This document shows positions 25,590 through 39,420 of a DNA stretch of 64,000 nt, piece by piece. The notes below the pieces were generated by a model. The model was not told the origin of the DNA. It did not search any database and saw only the letters and a program-made list of their open reading frames with translations. A program made the translations under genes and the position numbers. Numbering within the stretch: the stretch's first letter is position 1; every line of letters starts with the position of its first letter. This DNA comes from Octopus bimaculoides (taxonomy: Eukaryota), in contig NC_068982.1 in assembly GCF_001194135.2 (NCBI RefSeq), positions 171,173,957 to 171,237,956 on the forward strand, read 5' to 3'.

Positions 25590-25802
25590 GTAATGGTTTC
25601 AAATTTTAGCACAAGGCCTGCAATTTCGAGGGAAGGGTAAATCGATTACATCGGCTCGTGTTCAAATAGTATTTATTCTTATCAACCTCGGAAGAATGAA
25701 CGGCAAAGTCGACCCCGGTGGCATTTGAACACAGGACATAAAGTCGGAGGAAATGCTGCAAAGCATTTTACCGGCGTGCTAACAACTCGGCCAGTTTGCA
25801 GC
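25590..25802 (-). mobile_element. SINE family A, near full length
   Basis: GCACAAGGCCTGCAATTTC..GGCAAAGTCGACCCCGGTGGCATTTGAAC..CCGGCGTGCTAAC. Confidence 0.85.
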
Positions 25803-26344
25803 GTTTTGTGTTGCACTAATTTTATATATACACATATAATTTTATATATTGAGATAACAATATTCGGACTACTATGTCTATTGTCATGCATCTACGACAC
25901 CTGATTAGGAAGCATTTATACAGTCACTCGAACACCTAGAAATAGCAGCGATATTACTCACAAATGTTTCTGTAACGATCAGAATTTTATTGGCTGTACT
26001 AGATAGACCTACTTCATTGAATATATTCGGATGCAGCTGAATAAAAATACCAAAATGCATTGACACACGGTTTCCTTGTACAGCTCAAATTATCAGATGT
26101 TGAATGGATTGTCTTTAAAAATATACAGTGCATCATTGATCTGGTGACAAAGATTTTTGATCGTAATAAATGTCGATGTTCTCATGAAAAAGGAAGTATA
26201 CAGAAGACGAGTTTAACGTGAACATAACCTATATTACACTCCAACGAACGAGTTACACCCATTTCCATTGCCAGCTACTACTGACACGATTTCATCGCAT
26301 TCTACTTATGAATTGAATCCAACTCCACATGAGAAATTATTAGT

Positions 26345-26762
26345 TTTATCTTTTATCATTTACTTAGGTCATTTATTGGATTTCGGTCACGTTGGGTCAC
26401 CGCATTGAAGTGCCAGAGTGGAATCAATCACCCGCATTTATGGTTTTTTATGTCTATTACTTTTTCTATCAGTCCATTTTGACTAACCGCTAGGTTACAA
26501 GTACGTAAGCAAACTAATACCGGATTTCAAGTGATGTAGGTCACAAACAAACACATAGACACATATACACATATATGCACTCACGTATACAATATATATA
26601 TATGTCGGGTTTTTTTTCCAGGTTTCCTCTTCCAAATCCACTCAAAATAACTTCGTCGGCCCGAAAATGTAGTAGATGATACATCCCAAGATGCCATGCA
26701 ATGGGATAGGGCCTGCCTGAAAGCATGTGGTTGAGAAGTAAACCTCTTACCACGCACCCATG
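26345..26762 (-). mobile_element. SINE family B (tRNA head, CORE-like, internal TA/TG microsatellite), diverged
   Basis: Reverse complement matches the 29762 and 34695 copies (GTGGTAAGA..CAACCACATG..GGCATCTTGGG..GGGCCGAC..GAGTGGATTTGG). Confidence 0.8.
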
Positions 26763-26964
26763 CTATAAGAAACCCACAGACTATTAGCTTATTTATCAGT
26801 GTAAATTCGGCATTTAGTTACGAGTTGTTCTCTCCCTTGAGTACCTGCATCCGTATAGTCAGAACAGTCAGTTTATCAATGAAAAATCTTCATCTCGGAT
26901 ATAAGGCTTTATTAGCAACAGTATACTAATCATTGAAATCCCTTTGATATTATCTACCTTTGCA

Positions 26965-27152
26965 TCGCGTGAGCTTGCAAAATCGTTCGAATTTCGTCTG
27001 TCTTTGTGTTCTGAGCTCAAATTCCACCGAGGTCGACTTTGTGTTTCTTCCTTTCGGGATCGATGAAATAAGCATCAGTCAAGCACTGGGGTCGATGTAA
27101 TTGATTAATCCCTCCCACAACATTTCAGGCACTGTGTTTATAGTAAAAAGGA
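26965..27152 (+). mobile_element. SINE family A
   Basis: GTTCTGAGCTCAAATTCCACCGAGGTCGACTTTG..CACTGGGGTCGATGTAAT..ATTTCAGGC. Confidence 0.85.
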
Positions 27153-27897
27153 TATTATTCATATCTAAAAAGACTTTTCGAATTCTTAAGGACCTATACA
27201 GTTTGACTTACACGCTTCTCTCAAGACATAACAAACAGCTAAATAGAGTAGGGACACCGGTCAATTACTTGGTCGTATACGTTTATTTCTACTTCGAGAA
27301 TTTTTAAATCGAATGTCAGTATGATGATTGTATTTAACAATTTATGCTTACACTTAAATCAATGTAAACGCTAGTTTTTAGCATAAAATTACTTGCCAAG
27401 AAACACATGATAGTAGCAATGACAGGATAAATTCCCTGGAATTATATCTGCTTATTCAGTACTTCTATTTACTCAAACGTTCTTATCCTCTCTCTTACTC
27501 TGTTATCATCTAAAAACTAAAGCCAAAATAAAAGTCAGAACACATTGCAATCTCAGTCAGGGGGTTCCCACCATATACTATTTCATCACATGGCCACACT
27601 ACCCTTGAATTGTAGTCCCTGTCACAAATCAGATGTCTTCCATTCATTTCATGTCAGTTTCATGCCTCACTTCATCTCATTCTTTCAATTAATTGAGGCA
27701 TCAAACCTCATATATATCAAACAATATACCACGATACACATAAAACATAGCATGAACAAACGTAGGGTTAGTAATTTTTTGTTTATATACGCGCACACAA
27801 GTATAGACAGATACATGTGGACGCACACATACATTTACACGAGCACAAAGCCTTTCTCAAAAAGTAGCTGCGGAAGCAACACAAGCTCAAGCACAAA

Positions 27898-27934
<37 letters not shown>

Positions 27935-28236
27935 ACACACACACACACACACACAAACTCACACAAACACACACACACACTCGAATACGCGCACATCTAC
28001 AAATNNNNNNNNNNNNNNNNNNNNNNNNNNNNNNNNNNNNNNNNNNNNNNNNNNNNNNNNNNNNNNNNNNNNNNNNNNNNNNNNNNNNNNNNNNNNNNNT
28101 ATATATATGTATGTATATTATAAGTATTATATGTTATATAGAGAGAGCAAGAGTGAGGGAGAGATAGAAAGAGAGATGAAAGCACACACACATCCATTTA
28201 CATATGTATAGCTCTCCCTCTTCCTCTATCTCATTT

Positions 28237-28238
<2 letters not shown>

Positions 28239-28315
<77 letters not shown>
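28239..28315. repeat. (TA)n(TG)n compound microsatellite
   Basis: Read directly. Confidence 0.97.
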
Positions 28316-28318
<3 letters not shown>

Positions 28319-29761
28319 CGTGTGTAAGCGTATGTGTATATGCGTGTCTGTGTGTACGTGTCTCGTGTATGTGAGCGTATTAAGATATACGTCTGACAAC
28401 AAACCAAGTCATTTTACAGTCTTCTAATGAATTAATGAAGGAAAAAAACTTAACAACAACAAAAAAAGGACTGTTTGAAATAATATTAGGAAACAGAAAA
28501 AGAAAACAGTAAGACAAAATCGTAAATTATTCTGTATCAAAACACCCGGTTGTCTTATTTATGTCATCTACTTCAAAGAACAGCCACCTAAATCTCATTT
28601 TTCGGCTTGATGAATCATATATTTTAAATCTTCAATTTTTTTTGGTCGTTGTCTCTTCTAATCATATCTCCTCAATTGTTGGAAAGAATAAAAACAATAT
28701 GTAGACTTTTGTTCTGTAAAATGTTTTTTGTATATTTTGTTTCTTTAATAAAGTCAGATTTTTTGTTTAAGAAAAGTAATGTTGTTATATCTCTGTTTCC
28801 TTGTTTATTTATGCTCGTTATTTTGATATATTTTCAGATTACTTGCTTGTCGTATGATATTCAGATTACCCACTTTTGACATAATTATCGTAATACCAAA
28901 GTTATAAATCATCTAGATTCAATATCCCCCAGAAATTTCAATTTGTTGTTAATGCTATTAGATGTATTTGATAAAATATTTAATATATTCGTTTAATTAT
29001 ACAAGATGGACTGTAGTTTCTTTAATACTACAAGACCACAAAATTCTATTGTAATAGAAGTATAGTCACCCAATATATTACTGTTTGTTATCGTTTTTGA
29101 ACCCTGATTGATGGGAGAAGAAATTCAACTTCGGGAAATATTTAACTTGAGACATCTTGTAATGACACTAAATACAAGAATATCAGTAGATGCAACAGTA
29201 AATACAAAGGATTTTGCTCAACTAACATTCAAAATAAAGGATTAATAACGCGTACATATCATAACTGTGTTTGTCTTGCGAGAATCTTCATGTGAAATGT
29301 TGTTATAACAAACGCTCTAGTATATCAGAATGTTCATTTTCGCCATTAAAAAACATACGCATTATAATCTTCGGATACTTTTACTATTAATACTCTACTA
29401 GTTAACTAATTAACCGTTTAATAAATAAATTGCTTGATCACCGATTTAATCAATCAGCCAGTTGGTTTTTGAATCTCCTTTCGTCCTTCATTTCATCAAT
29501 GATGTTCTCTAGTCTACTCTGTGTCTGTTACAGCCAGAAACTTATGTGTAAGTGGCATAGAGAGACAAATATAGAGAGTCTACAACTAAATGTCAGAATC
29601 GTTTAGATTATTCACTTTATGTGAAGATTTATTTTTCATTTGGCACCGTGAACATCCAGAATCGGCAAGCTGCGTATGGTACGAGCACATATTGTTTCAT
29701 TTAAACGCATGCTTCCTGAAAAAAAAACATACTATGTTTTAACGCATACGCATGTCAAAAT

Positions 29762-30245
29762 AGTGTGGGTGGGTGACAAGAAGGCTTCTTCTCTGCCACA
29801 TGGATCCGGGTTCAGACCCATTGCGCGGCACCTTGGGCAAGTATCTTCTACTCTAGGCTCGGCCCGACCAAAGCCTTGCGAGAGGATTTGGTAGACGGAA
29901 ACTAAAAGTAGCCCGTCGTATATATATATATATAGAGATATATATGTGTGTGCATGGGTGTGTTTGTGTGCGTGTGTGTTTTGTGTGTGTGTGTGTGTGT
30001 GTGTGAGTGTGCTATATGTGTGTGTATTTGTGTGTGTCTGTGTTTGTCCCGCGCCATCGCTTGACAACCGATGTTAGTGTGTTTACGTTCCACTAACTTA
30101 GCTGTTCGATAAAAGTGATCGATAGAATAAGTACTAGGTTTAAGAGGAATAAGTCTTGGGGTCGGTTTGTTCAACTAAAGGTGGTGCTCCAGCATAGCCG
30201 CAGTCAAATGACTGAAACAAGTGAAAACATTAAAAAAAATAAAGG
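29762..30245 (+). mobile_element. SINE family B, full length
   Basis: tRNA-like head (GGGTTCAGACCC B-box), CORE-like GGCACCTTGGGCAAGT, internal (TA)/(TG) tract, 3' end GCAGTCAAATGACTGAAACAAG plus A-rich tail. Confidence 0.9.
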
Positions 30246-30773
30246 ATAACGAAAAAAATATTTGCGTGTACATATAAGTGTCTGTAACTGAGTATGCCCG
30301 CTTGTCCATGAATATGACTGTAGTGTCTGCGAAGAAATTACATACATAGTCATGTAGTAAAGCATGTATTTGCTTCTTACTTCCTGAATCCCTTAACGTT
30401 TGACGATTTAAGACAGACTAAGCTACAACTACTATATCTCTTTCATACACTCGATCAATGAGGAGCCTCACTCGCATATCTACTTAAAACCATTGTGAGA
30501 ACTGTAGTTTTCGCAAGCTACACGCACACAAACAAACGTAAGCACACGCAATATACTAACATACGCCTCGATTCAATATACTTGGCATACAATATCATAA
30601 ATACATCAAGTTTATACGCCTGTTTAGTGTGTATGTATATAGGAACCTACAAAGTAATATGCATTTGTATATACATCCAGACGCAAATATGCACGTGCAT
30701 GCACACACGCATGAACACGCATACATACACACTCACACACATACATACATACACATACATATATATATACATA

Positions 30774-30808
<35 letters not shown>

Positions 30809-32004
30809 NNNNNNNNNNNNNNNNNNNNNNNNNNNNNNNNNNNNNNNNNNNNNNNNNNNNNNNNNNNNNNNNNNNNNNNNNNNNNNNNNNNNNNNNNNNN
30901 NNNNNNNNNNNNNNNNNNNNNNNNNNNNNNNNNNNNNNNNNNNNNNNNNNNNNNNNNNNNNNNNNNNNNNNNNNNNNNNNNNNNNNNNNNNNNNNNNNNN
31001 NNNNNNNNNNNNNNNNNNNNNNNNNNNNNNNNNNNNNNNNNNNNNNNNNNNNNNNNNNNNNNNNNNNNNNNNNNNNNNNNNNNNNNNNNNNNNNNNNNNN
31101 NNNNNNNNNNNNNNNNNNNNNNNNNNNNNNNNNNNNNNNNNNNNNNNNNNNNNNNNNNNNNNNNNNNNNNNNNNNNNNNNNNNNNNNNNNNNNNNNNNNN
31201 NNNNNNNNNNNNNNNNNNNNNNNNNNNNNNNNNNNNNNNNNNNNNNNNNNNNNNNNNNNNNNNNNNNNNNNNNNNNNNNNNNNNNNNNNNNNNNNNNNNN
31301 NNNNNNNNNNNNNNNNNNNNNNNNNNNNNNNNNNNNNNNNNNNNNNNNNNNNNNNNNNNNNNNNNNNNNNNNNNNNNNNNNNNNNNNNNNNNNNNNNNNN
31401 NNNNNNNNNNNNNNNNNNNNNNNNNNNNNNNNNNNNNNNNNNNNNNNNNNNNNNNNNNNNNNNNNNNNNNNNNNNNNNNNNNNNNNNNNNNNNNNNNNNN
31501 NNNNNNNNNNNNNNNNNNNNNNNNNNNNNNNNNNNNNNNNNNNNNNNNNNNNNNNNNNNNNNNNNNNNNNNNNNNNNNNNNNNNNNNNNNNNNNNNNNNN
31601 NNNNNNNNNNNNNNNNNNNNNNNNNNNNNNNNNNNNNNNNNNNNNNNNNNNNNNNNNNNNNNNNNNNNNNNNATATATATATAGATAGATAGATAGATGT
31701 ATGTATATATTTATCATGTATATGTCTATGTGATATTTTATCACATACACTAACACACACGTATATATATATATGTGATAAAATGATAGTGCTCTTTGAA
31801 GTGTAGGGCACTCTGGTATCTATCCTGTTTGACTATGATATATTTTCTTTTTCTTTCCAATTCCTTTGTTCGATTTTTAGTCAATGATGAGGAAGTAACT
31901 ATCAAGTGCTGTATAAATCTGCCGACAAATATTACATTGAACCTAAATTCTCTCTCTTTCCATATATTAATATGTGCATATATGCATATATGCGTATGTA
32001 CATA

Positions 32005-32041
32005 TAGATAAATAGACAGATAGATGGATAGACAGACAGAC

Positions 32042-32092
<51 letters not shown>

Positions 32093-32093
32093 G

Positions 32094-32147
<54 letters not shown>
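32005..32147. repeat. (GATA)n microsatellite
   Basis: Read directly. Confidence 0.97.
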
Positions 32148-32447
32148 GTATTGTGAGGGACGGATAGGTAAGAAGAGAGAATGAAAGTGACGGAGGGAAA
32201 GAAAAAGGAGAGAGTGAGCGAGATGAAATTGTGGGTTAGATAAGATTAACCATACAAACAGAAAAAGAAAATTCCAACGTGAAATTGAAATTCTAATATA
32301 TATGTAATCTAAGTGACAATGTAAAGATGAGCCGATATTGTTTCTAAAGTCAACAGGTGGCCTCAAAGAAGATATTTTCAGATATCTTAGACTCAGCAAA
32401 ACTGATTCATCTCATTTTCTAAGACTAATAGATGCCCATATATATAC

Positions 32448-32451
<4 letters not shown>

Positions 32452-32492
<41 letters not shown>

Positions 32493-32502
32493 TGTGTGTG
32501 TG

Positions 32503-32540
<38 letters not shown>
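32452..32540. repeat. (TG)n microsatellite, interrupted
   Basis: Read directly. Confidence 0.95.
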
Positions 32541-32544
<4 letters not shown>

Positions 32545-32934
32545 TATACACACAAACACACACAAAATCATATGTATATATATGCGTATACATATTTTAT
32601 GTATATATATGTATGTGCGTGTGTGTACTTGTATGTATGTATATTTTTATAGGGCAATTTATGACGCCAATTATTAACCATGTTTCTGAGAGAGAATGAC
32701 GCGGGTGAGATTTTTCCATGTGAAATGCATATTACGTCAATATTTTCTAATCTATTAATAGAAGAAGGATAAGGGTAAGTTAATAAAATTATCATCGCAA
32801 TTTTAAGTTTTTTTAAAATTTAAAAACGAATATCAACCTGCTTTAGCAAGGTCACTGAATTGTATTTCTTGCTGCGGAGTCAAATAAAGACAATTCCCTT
32901 AAGAATTGAACATGATATTTAAAATCAACTATTT

Positions 32935-32985
32935 ATGGTAACGGACATGTTTCGAACTTTTTAGATCTCATCAGTTCATCACATT
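32935..32985 (-). ncRNA. Hammerhead-ribozyme-like motif (degenerate)
   Basis: Minus strand: CTGATGA-GATCTAAAAAGTTC-GAAA-CATG-TC. Core boxes are intact, but helix I does not pair in register. Confidence 0.4.
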
Positions 32986-34407
32986 TCTGCTATAGCTTTT
33001 AATATTTTAGCTACAGAAATCTGCCTTCGCCAGTTGCTAGCTTCTCTGCTTTACACATATTATCTCCTATAGAAAGAATCCTCTTGTCGCTTTGGTTGTT
33101 GATTCAAGATTCCCCCATGCACACACACATGCATTTGCATACAGAAATATATATCTATCTATCCATCTAACTCTATATATACATACATATATACATATTT
33201 TTTAATAATATATATGTGTGATTAAAATTATACATGAAGGGAAGGAACACTAAGTGGCCTTCTTACATGCTAAAACGAGACATCGAATCGCCAAACCACA
33301 GAAAAAACATTCTTATTTATGCACGTTGCATTAAAGAGACTAGATATTTCCATACGCCGAAGTTACACCATTAATGATTAAATAAATAAGTAAATAAATA
33401 AATGAATAGATGCATCACTCATCTGTGGATCTTGAGTAGAAACTGGGGGGTGGGGGTGGACATATATTTGTAAAACTCGAATATATACCGTATCACAAAC
33501 GAGACATGTGCATATCGAGTGTTATCGTAATAAATCGTGAATTCAATTCAAGTGTCCTCAAGCAACGTGCCAAGCCAGAATAAAGCATCAGAGAATAACA
33601 ATTCAGCGGTCAATTATCTGAACCAAGAATTAAAATATATAAATATAAATATACTGGGTAAACATTATTAAAAATAAGAATATATACCAGTGGCCAGCAT
33701 GTGTAAAACAATGTCCGTATAATATATACACGTGTATAAAATTATTGTCCTGCCTGCCTACATTCAGGGTGCATAAATAAGAATGTTTTTTCGTGGTTTG
33801 GAGATATGACATCGCTTTTCAACATGTAGGAAGACCACTTAGATTTTCTTCCGCTCATGTATAATGTTATACACACGTACGTATTAATAATTTTTACCCT
33901 TTATATTTATATATATACACACACACATTGAGAGAAAGAGATGGAGAGGGAGAGACATAGTTTCCTGCGTGTTCAGTTAGATATACGACTTTTACTGATG
34001 AATTTATAGCTCCACGTACAATATCATCATCCAGTCTTCCTAGTGGTGTGGTTACTACTGTACATAACATTATTACCGGCTACGGTATACAGAGCAGATA
34101 TATGAAAAACACTATGATAAAAACAAGATGAACTTTATACCATTTGTTCTCTAAACACTTTTCACCATTATTGTTATTTGCATTCTTTGCAAAGTGTTTT
34201 CATATTGCATCCACAATAGTTCTTTAGAGGAATACTTTATTGCATTATGTACATGTTGATCAATACATACCATAATAAAGTTTTCCACTGTAAAGCTCAA
34301 CATTCAATTGCGCTATGTAAATTCATTCCAGAGGATGTAACCACAACGGCGAAACGTAGGTAGTGAATAAATGGTCCAAATATATCTTGTGCTTATCATA
34401 TATTTTG

Positions 34408-34470
<63 letters not shown>

Positions 34471-34694
34471 NNNNNNNNNNNNNNNNNNNNNNNNNNNNNN
34501 NNNNNNNNNNNNNNNNNNNNNNNNNNNNNNNNNNNNNNNNNNNNNNNNNNNNNNNNNNNNNNNNNNNNNNNNNNNNNNNNNNNNNNNNNNNNNNNNNNNN
34601 NNNNNNNNNNNNNNNNNNNNNNNNNNNNNNNNNNNNNNNNNNNNNNNNNNNNNNNNNNNNNNNNNNNNNNNNNNNNNNNNNNNNNNNNNNNNNN

Positions 34695-34996
34695 AGCCTC
34701 GGGCCGACCAGAGCCTTGTGAGTGGATTTGGTAGACGGAAACTGAAAGAAGACCGTCGCATATATGTATATATATGTGTGTGTGTGTTTGTGTCTGTGTT
34801 TGTCCCCCTAGCATTGCTTGACAAACAATGCTGGTGTGTTTATGTCCCCGTCACTTAGCGGTTCGGCAAAAAGAGACCGATAGAATAAGTACTAGGCTTA
34901 CAAAGAATAAGTCCTGGGGTCGATTTGCTCGACTAAATGCGGTGCTCCAGCATGGCCGCAGTCAAATGACTGAAACAAGTAAAAGAATAAAAGAAT
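34695..34996 (+). mobile_element. SINE family B, 5' end hidden in gap
   Basis: AGCCTCGGGCCGACCAGAGCCTTGTGAGTGGATTTGGTAGACGGAAACTGAAAGAAG..GCAGTCAAATGACTGAAACAAGTAAAAGAATAAAAGAAT. Confidence 0.92.
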
Positions 34997-36072
34997 ATAT
35001 ATATACATGCATATATGGGTACAGGACATCACCAACGTTTCAAACAACATGAAATACACAAGCAAACGGGTTAAATACATAAACAACGAGAAAAAAAGTG
35101 GAGAAAAGGACAAGTAAACACCGAGAAAGGAAACTTCAACAGTTGTCAGCTATCTATCTACTTCTCATTTCAAGCATTCAACGACAATATGAGTCTTCAC
35201 TAACAGTTGCTCCCACAAATTCTAAAATAAAATTTAGAATTTATGGAGGGTCAAAGTTGGGAACAAAAACATGACAGTGCAGACATACAAGGAAACCGAG
35301 CTAAAACAAACATGGAGGATCGTTAGAACATAACGAGCGAAAAATAGTGAACGCTGTGAGAAATATTTTTTTGAAACGAGAAAAGATAGCAGAGGGGAGA
35401 AAAACGTCCACTCCTTTGAACGTCTGTGCAGGAAAAGAAAGATGACCGGTTATTTGGTTACGTATACAGATATGATGATAATCTGTATNNNNNNNNNNNN
35501 NNNNNNNNNNNNNNNNNNNNNNNNNNNNNNNNNNNNNNNNNNNNNNNNNNNNNNNNNNNNNNNNNNNNNNNNNNNNNNNNNNNNNNNNNNNNNNNNNNNN
35601 NNNNNNNNNNNNNNNNNNNNNNNNNNNNNNNNNNNNNNNNNNNNNNNNNNNNNNNNNNNNNNNNNNNNNNNNNNNNNNNNNNNNNNNNNNNNNNNNNNNN
35701 NNNNNNNNNNNNNNNNNNNNNNNNNNNNNNNNNNNNNNNNNNNNNNNNNNNNNNNNNNNNNNNNNATATATATATACATATTTAGTCATCACATTTTAAT
35801 AATAGATTGTCAAAATTCATATTGAAACTTCTTGATAAGAATTTGTCTGAAACTATTGGGAAATCATAGCCGTTTTGATGAATTTCCAACATTGGCAAAC
35901 TTAAAGGTTTCTTTAAAGAATAGATATTCCTTGTATATTTATTTTAATTCACTTTAATTTTCTCCTACCAACTCTCTATAGGTTGGTCTATCCATTCATC
36001 CATCGAGCTGTCAATCTATATACACATCTACCCAGCAATTTCTCTATGCGTCTATATATTGCCTCACGTTTC

Positions 36073-36073
<1 letters not shown>

Positions 36074-36140
<67 letters not shown>
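36074..36140. repeat. (TATC)n microsatellite
   Basis: Read directly. Confidence 0.96.
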
Positions 36141-36142
<2 letters not shown>

Positions 36143-36568
36143 CCTGCAGCTACCTACCTACGCATATATGTATATATATGTTTATAATTTTCTAAATATC
36201 TGTTAGGTCATTCATCAGTCCTTAATTTTTAAACTCTATACGTGTGACTTTCATGCATTCCAGAAGAGACACACATTTTCTATACATTACTTCTCTATCC
36301 CTCTTTTTGTATTTCCCACCTCCCTCCGTCTTTTTATCGTTTGTCTTTTACTTTTAGTTCGTTTCATACTTCAATTCAGTTTTCCTTTCAATTTGCTTTT
36401 AATTTCCTTTTTCTATTCTCTTTCTTTCCTTTCATACTTCCTTCGTTCCTTCTTCACTCATATTTTTCTTCCGCATTATTGTTATTTTTACTATATTTAT
36501 ATTATCAGTTTGACAAATACAGAAACTTACTATTTTACAATAATGTTATATGTGGTAGGAGTTATTGA

Positions 36569-36636
36569 CCCCTTTCGTGGTCAATTAAATAAGTTCCAGT
36601 TACGCACTGGGTCGATGTAATCGACTTAATCCCTTT
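36569..36636 (+). mobile_element. SINE family A internal fragment
   Basis: CCTTTCGTGGTC..CCAGTTACGCACTGGGTCGATGTAATCGACTTAATCCC. Confidence 0.75.
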
Positions 36637-36637
<1 letters not shown>

Positions 36638-36713
<76 letters not shown>

Positions 36714-36728
36714 CATCATCATCATTAT
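36638..36728. repeat. (ATC)n(ATT)n(ATC)n compound repeat
   Basis: Read directly. Confidence 0.96.
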
Positions 36729-36729
36729 T

Positions 36730-37560
36730 CCTAGACGGTGAGCAGGTGTGGTCGCCGTTTGTCAGACATGATTTTTCATAGCTCGTCTCTTTGTCTGAGC
36801 AGCATTCCTGGATCAAGCCTTGTACCTAGAGAGTCATCAGGCACTCACAGTGCTGTCAGCCAGGCTTTTGCGGTTCTTCTATATACAGTGAGTGGCAGGC
36901 AAGATCAACGACGTTCATGGGGACACTCAGGGAGTCGATGAGAATGAGAAGGCAGGTTTGTTCCGGAGGACTTTCCGGCCGGCGTGGATGAATATGTGTG
37001 TGCTACCAAGGGGCATTGACGATTCGAGATAAAGTCTACAGGCAGTCACCCGGGTTTGCCGGAGGTGCATGCTGAGCGACGAAACTGCTCTGAATGCTCT
37101 CGTCCAGTGCCTGAGCGTTGCTGACTTCTGCGTTTATGTCGAACACCTGTTGTCACGGGTATGACGGATCCGGCTATTGGCTGAGTCCATAGTGAAGATC
37201 GCCCTGCCACCTTCCTTCGGTCGGGAAGGACAGGTAGTGTTTTTTTTCTCTGGTGGCCTTACCGAACGTGGTTGTGTGGTGGACCAGGTTGAAAGGACTG
37301 AAGACAGCCACTTACCTCTTTGGCCAAGCCTTTCTCAACATTTTCAAGTTTCCCTTGAAAGGGAAAGTGAGAGTAGAGGGGGAAAACGTGGGTGAATTTT
37401 GCGCGTATAGTCCGAGTGAACGAGCCTATTCTAAGTATGCGCCTCTAGATCGAGGGTAGATGAAGTGGAGAAGGCACTTGCACTAGAGGTGAGAACGATA
37501 GAGTTTATTGTGGGGTTTCCACGAGCAGCTTTTGGAAAACTCCGTCTTTTGGTGCGTTAT
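36730..37560 (+). mobile_element. L1/Tx1-clade LINE 3' fragment (zf-RVT CCHC region and C-terminus), frameshifted
   Basis: CYQGALTIRDKVYR, CRRCMLSDETALNALVQC (decayed CxxC..H..C), AESIVKIALPPSF, VVWWTRLKGLK..FKFPLKGKVRVE (ORFs 37177 and 37253). GC-richer than the flanks. Confidence 0.8.
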
Positions 37561-37801
37561 TATAATTATTATTGTCATTACCATTTAAACACGATTAAAT
37601 CCAAATATCTTTATTTTGTGCTGTCCTGTGCCGTCCCCAATCTTTTATATAAACCCTCAGTAGTGAATAATGAAAATATTATTATTGTTATATTATTTTT
37701 GTTATTATTATTACTATTATTACTATTAGTGGTGGTAATAGTAGTAGTACTGGTAGTAGCAGCATATGCACCAGTATTATCATCATTATTATTATTATTA
37801 T

Positions 37802-37819
37802 TAGTAGTAGTAGTAGTAA

Positions 37820-37875
<56 letters not shown>

Positions 37876-37881
37876 ATAGTT

Positions 37882-37930
<49 letters not shown>

Positions 37931-37962
37931 CAACCTCAGCTGCAGCAGCAGCAGCAGCAGTG

Positions 37963-38005
<43 letters not shown>

Positions 38006-38022
38006 CAGTAGTAGTAGTAGTG
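37802..38022. repeat. Long (TAG)n array with (CAG)n interruption
   Basis: Read directly; explains the polyV/polyL ORFs. Confidence 0.97.
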
Positions 38023-38727
38023 TACTAAAGGATATTCTTTACAGCATGTTGTTTTGTTGTACACACTTCTGGAGTCGACTATATATCTGTGTGTACGTAT
38101 GTATATAATAACATACATACGCGCGCACGAGTGTGTGTGTGTGTGTGTGTGTGTGCGTGTGTGTGTGTGTGTGTGACCCAAAATTATACAATAAACAAAA
38201 ATCAAAAGATAAGAATAGGTGAGAGAACAACAAACATGGTGTATTAGTTTGACACTCAGGGAAAATGATAGAAGCCAGGAGCAGGGATTTATCTTGTCAT
38301 TTCTTCATTCTTCAGTCCCTCGTGGTATCAGTTCTTCAACTCTCTTCATATAAAACCCACTTCCACACACATCTACACACTAAACAACTCCAACATTCCA
38401 CTGCCCCTCCTCGTCTACAATCCCCCAAACATTCTCTATATTGTTATATTCATTACCTACACTTCACACGCCATTATGCCCCTATAGCTTATACATACAC
38501 TCACACACACGCACACATAACAACATAAGGATTCTCGCTCCCTTCTTCATATGTACCTCCCAGCACTTACCTACATTGTCACTTGTATTCCACCTGACAC
38601 TTCCATCCAGGTCGACCCACATACATCTTCGTACTGCCTATATACGTCAGATAGCCTCACAGAAACACATATAAACGCCTTTACACACATATACATACGC
38701 ACGGAACAGTGTCATTAATACACTTTA

Positions 38728-38772
38728 TGTACACACACACACACACGCACACACACACACACACACACACTT

Positions 38773-38818
<46 letters not shown>
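38728..38818. repeat. (CA)n microsatellite, interrupted
   Basis: Read directly. Confidence 0.95.
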
Positions 38819-39420
38819 ATGCGCACGCGAATTTGTCCGGCTGCTTCTTACGCACAGACTTAAAACGACACAGGACCACACCCGCACACACATACGCTAT
38901 TCTCACAAAGCATACACACACACATTAGCTGCTACACACAGGTGTTTGCACTCACATCAGATAGCCTCGCACACATATACAACACACGTCCTCAAACAAG
39001 CATATACATACGTCCACAAACACGCATACATTACACATAAATACATGGCCGGGACACACACATCACACCAAATTCGCGCATGTACTTATTCGCACACAGT
39101 GGACTCACACAAACACATACGCGCTCCCATACATACGCATACACATGCTCATATTATCTTCAAACTCAAATGCGTGTTACCCAAACACACACGCACACAC
39201 ACTCACTAAGATGCTCACCCATCATTTATTGACAAGCACACTTTATCCTCACATACAGAAAGATGTTTGGGCACATACACTTAATCAGGTCACTGCTGTC
39301 TCCATTGCTACCTTTCTCTCCAAAACACATCCTTTCTTCTAGTTCAATAAATGCAACTGTTAATCCAGATGCATTTTACTTTCCATCCCCACTCCCTACA
39401 GCTGTTTTCTCTGCTCATTC

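Noticed and set aside
28880-29300. Possible third copy of the 17/20-kb duplicated segment
   Set aside because: Similarity by eye is too weak in AT-rich DNA.
29762-29830. tRNA genes at SINE heads
   Set aside because: Only A/B-box-like remnants; no cloverleaf, and they continue into SINE bodies.
35030-35450. Probable dispersed repeat (Penelope terminal-repeat-like, minus strand CTGTTGA)
   Set aside because: Resembles a recalled octopus repeat, but no complete hammerhead topology or second copy in this window.
37465-38205. 187-aa polyV/polyL/polyY membrane-like ORFs
   Set aside because: Translations of the (TAG)n/(TTA)n arrays.
38709-39209. 166-aa His/Thr-rich ORF and the many HTHT, CVCV, YIHT and SIYL ORFs
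   Set aside because: Products of (CA)n, (TACA)n and (TATC)n microsatellites; no C2H2 zinc-finger spacing.
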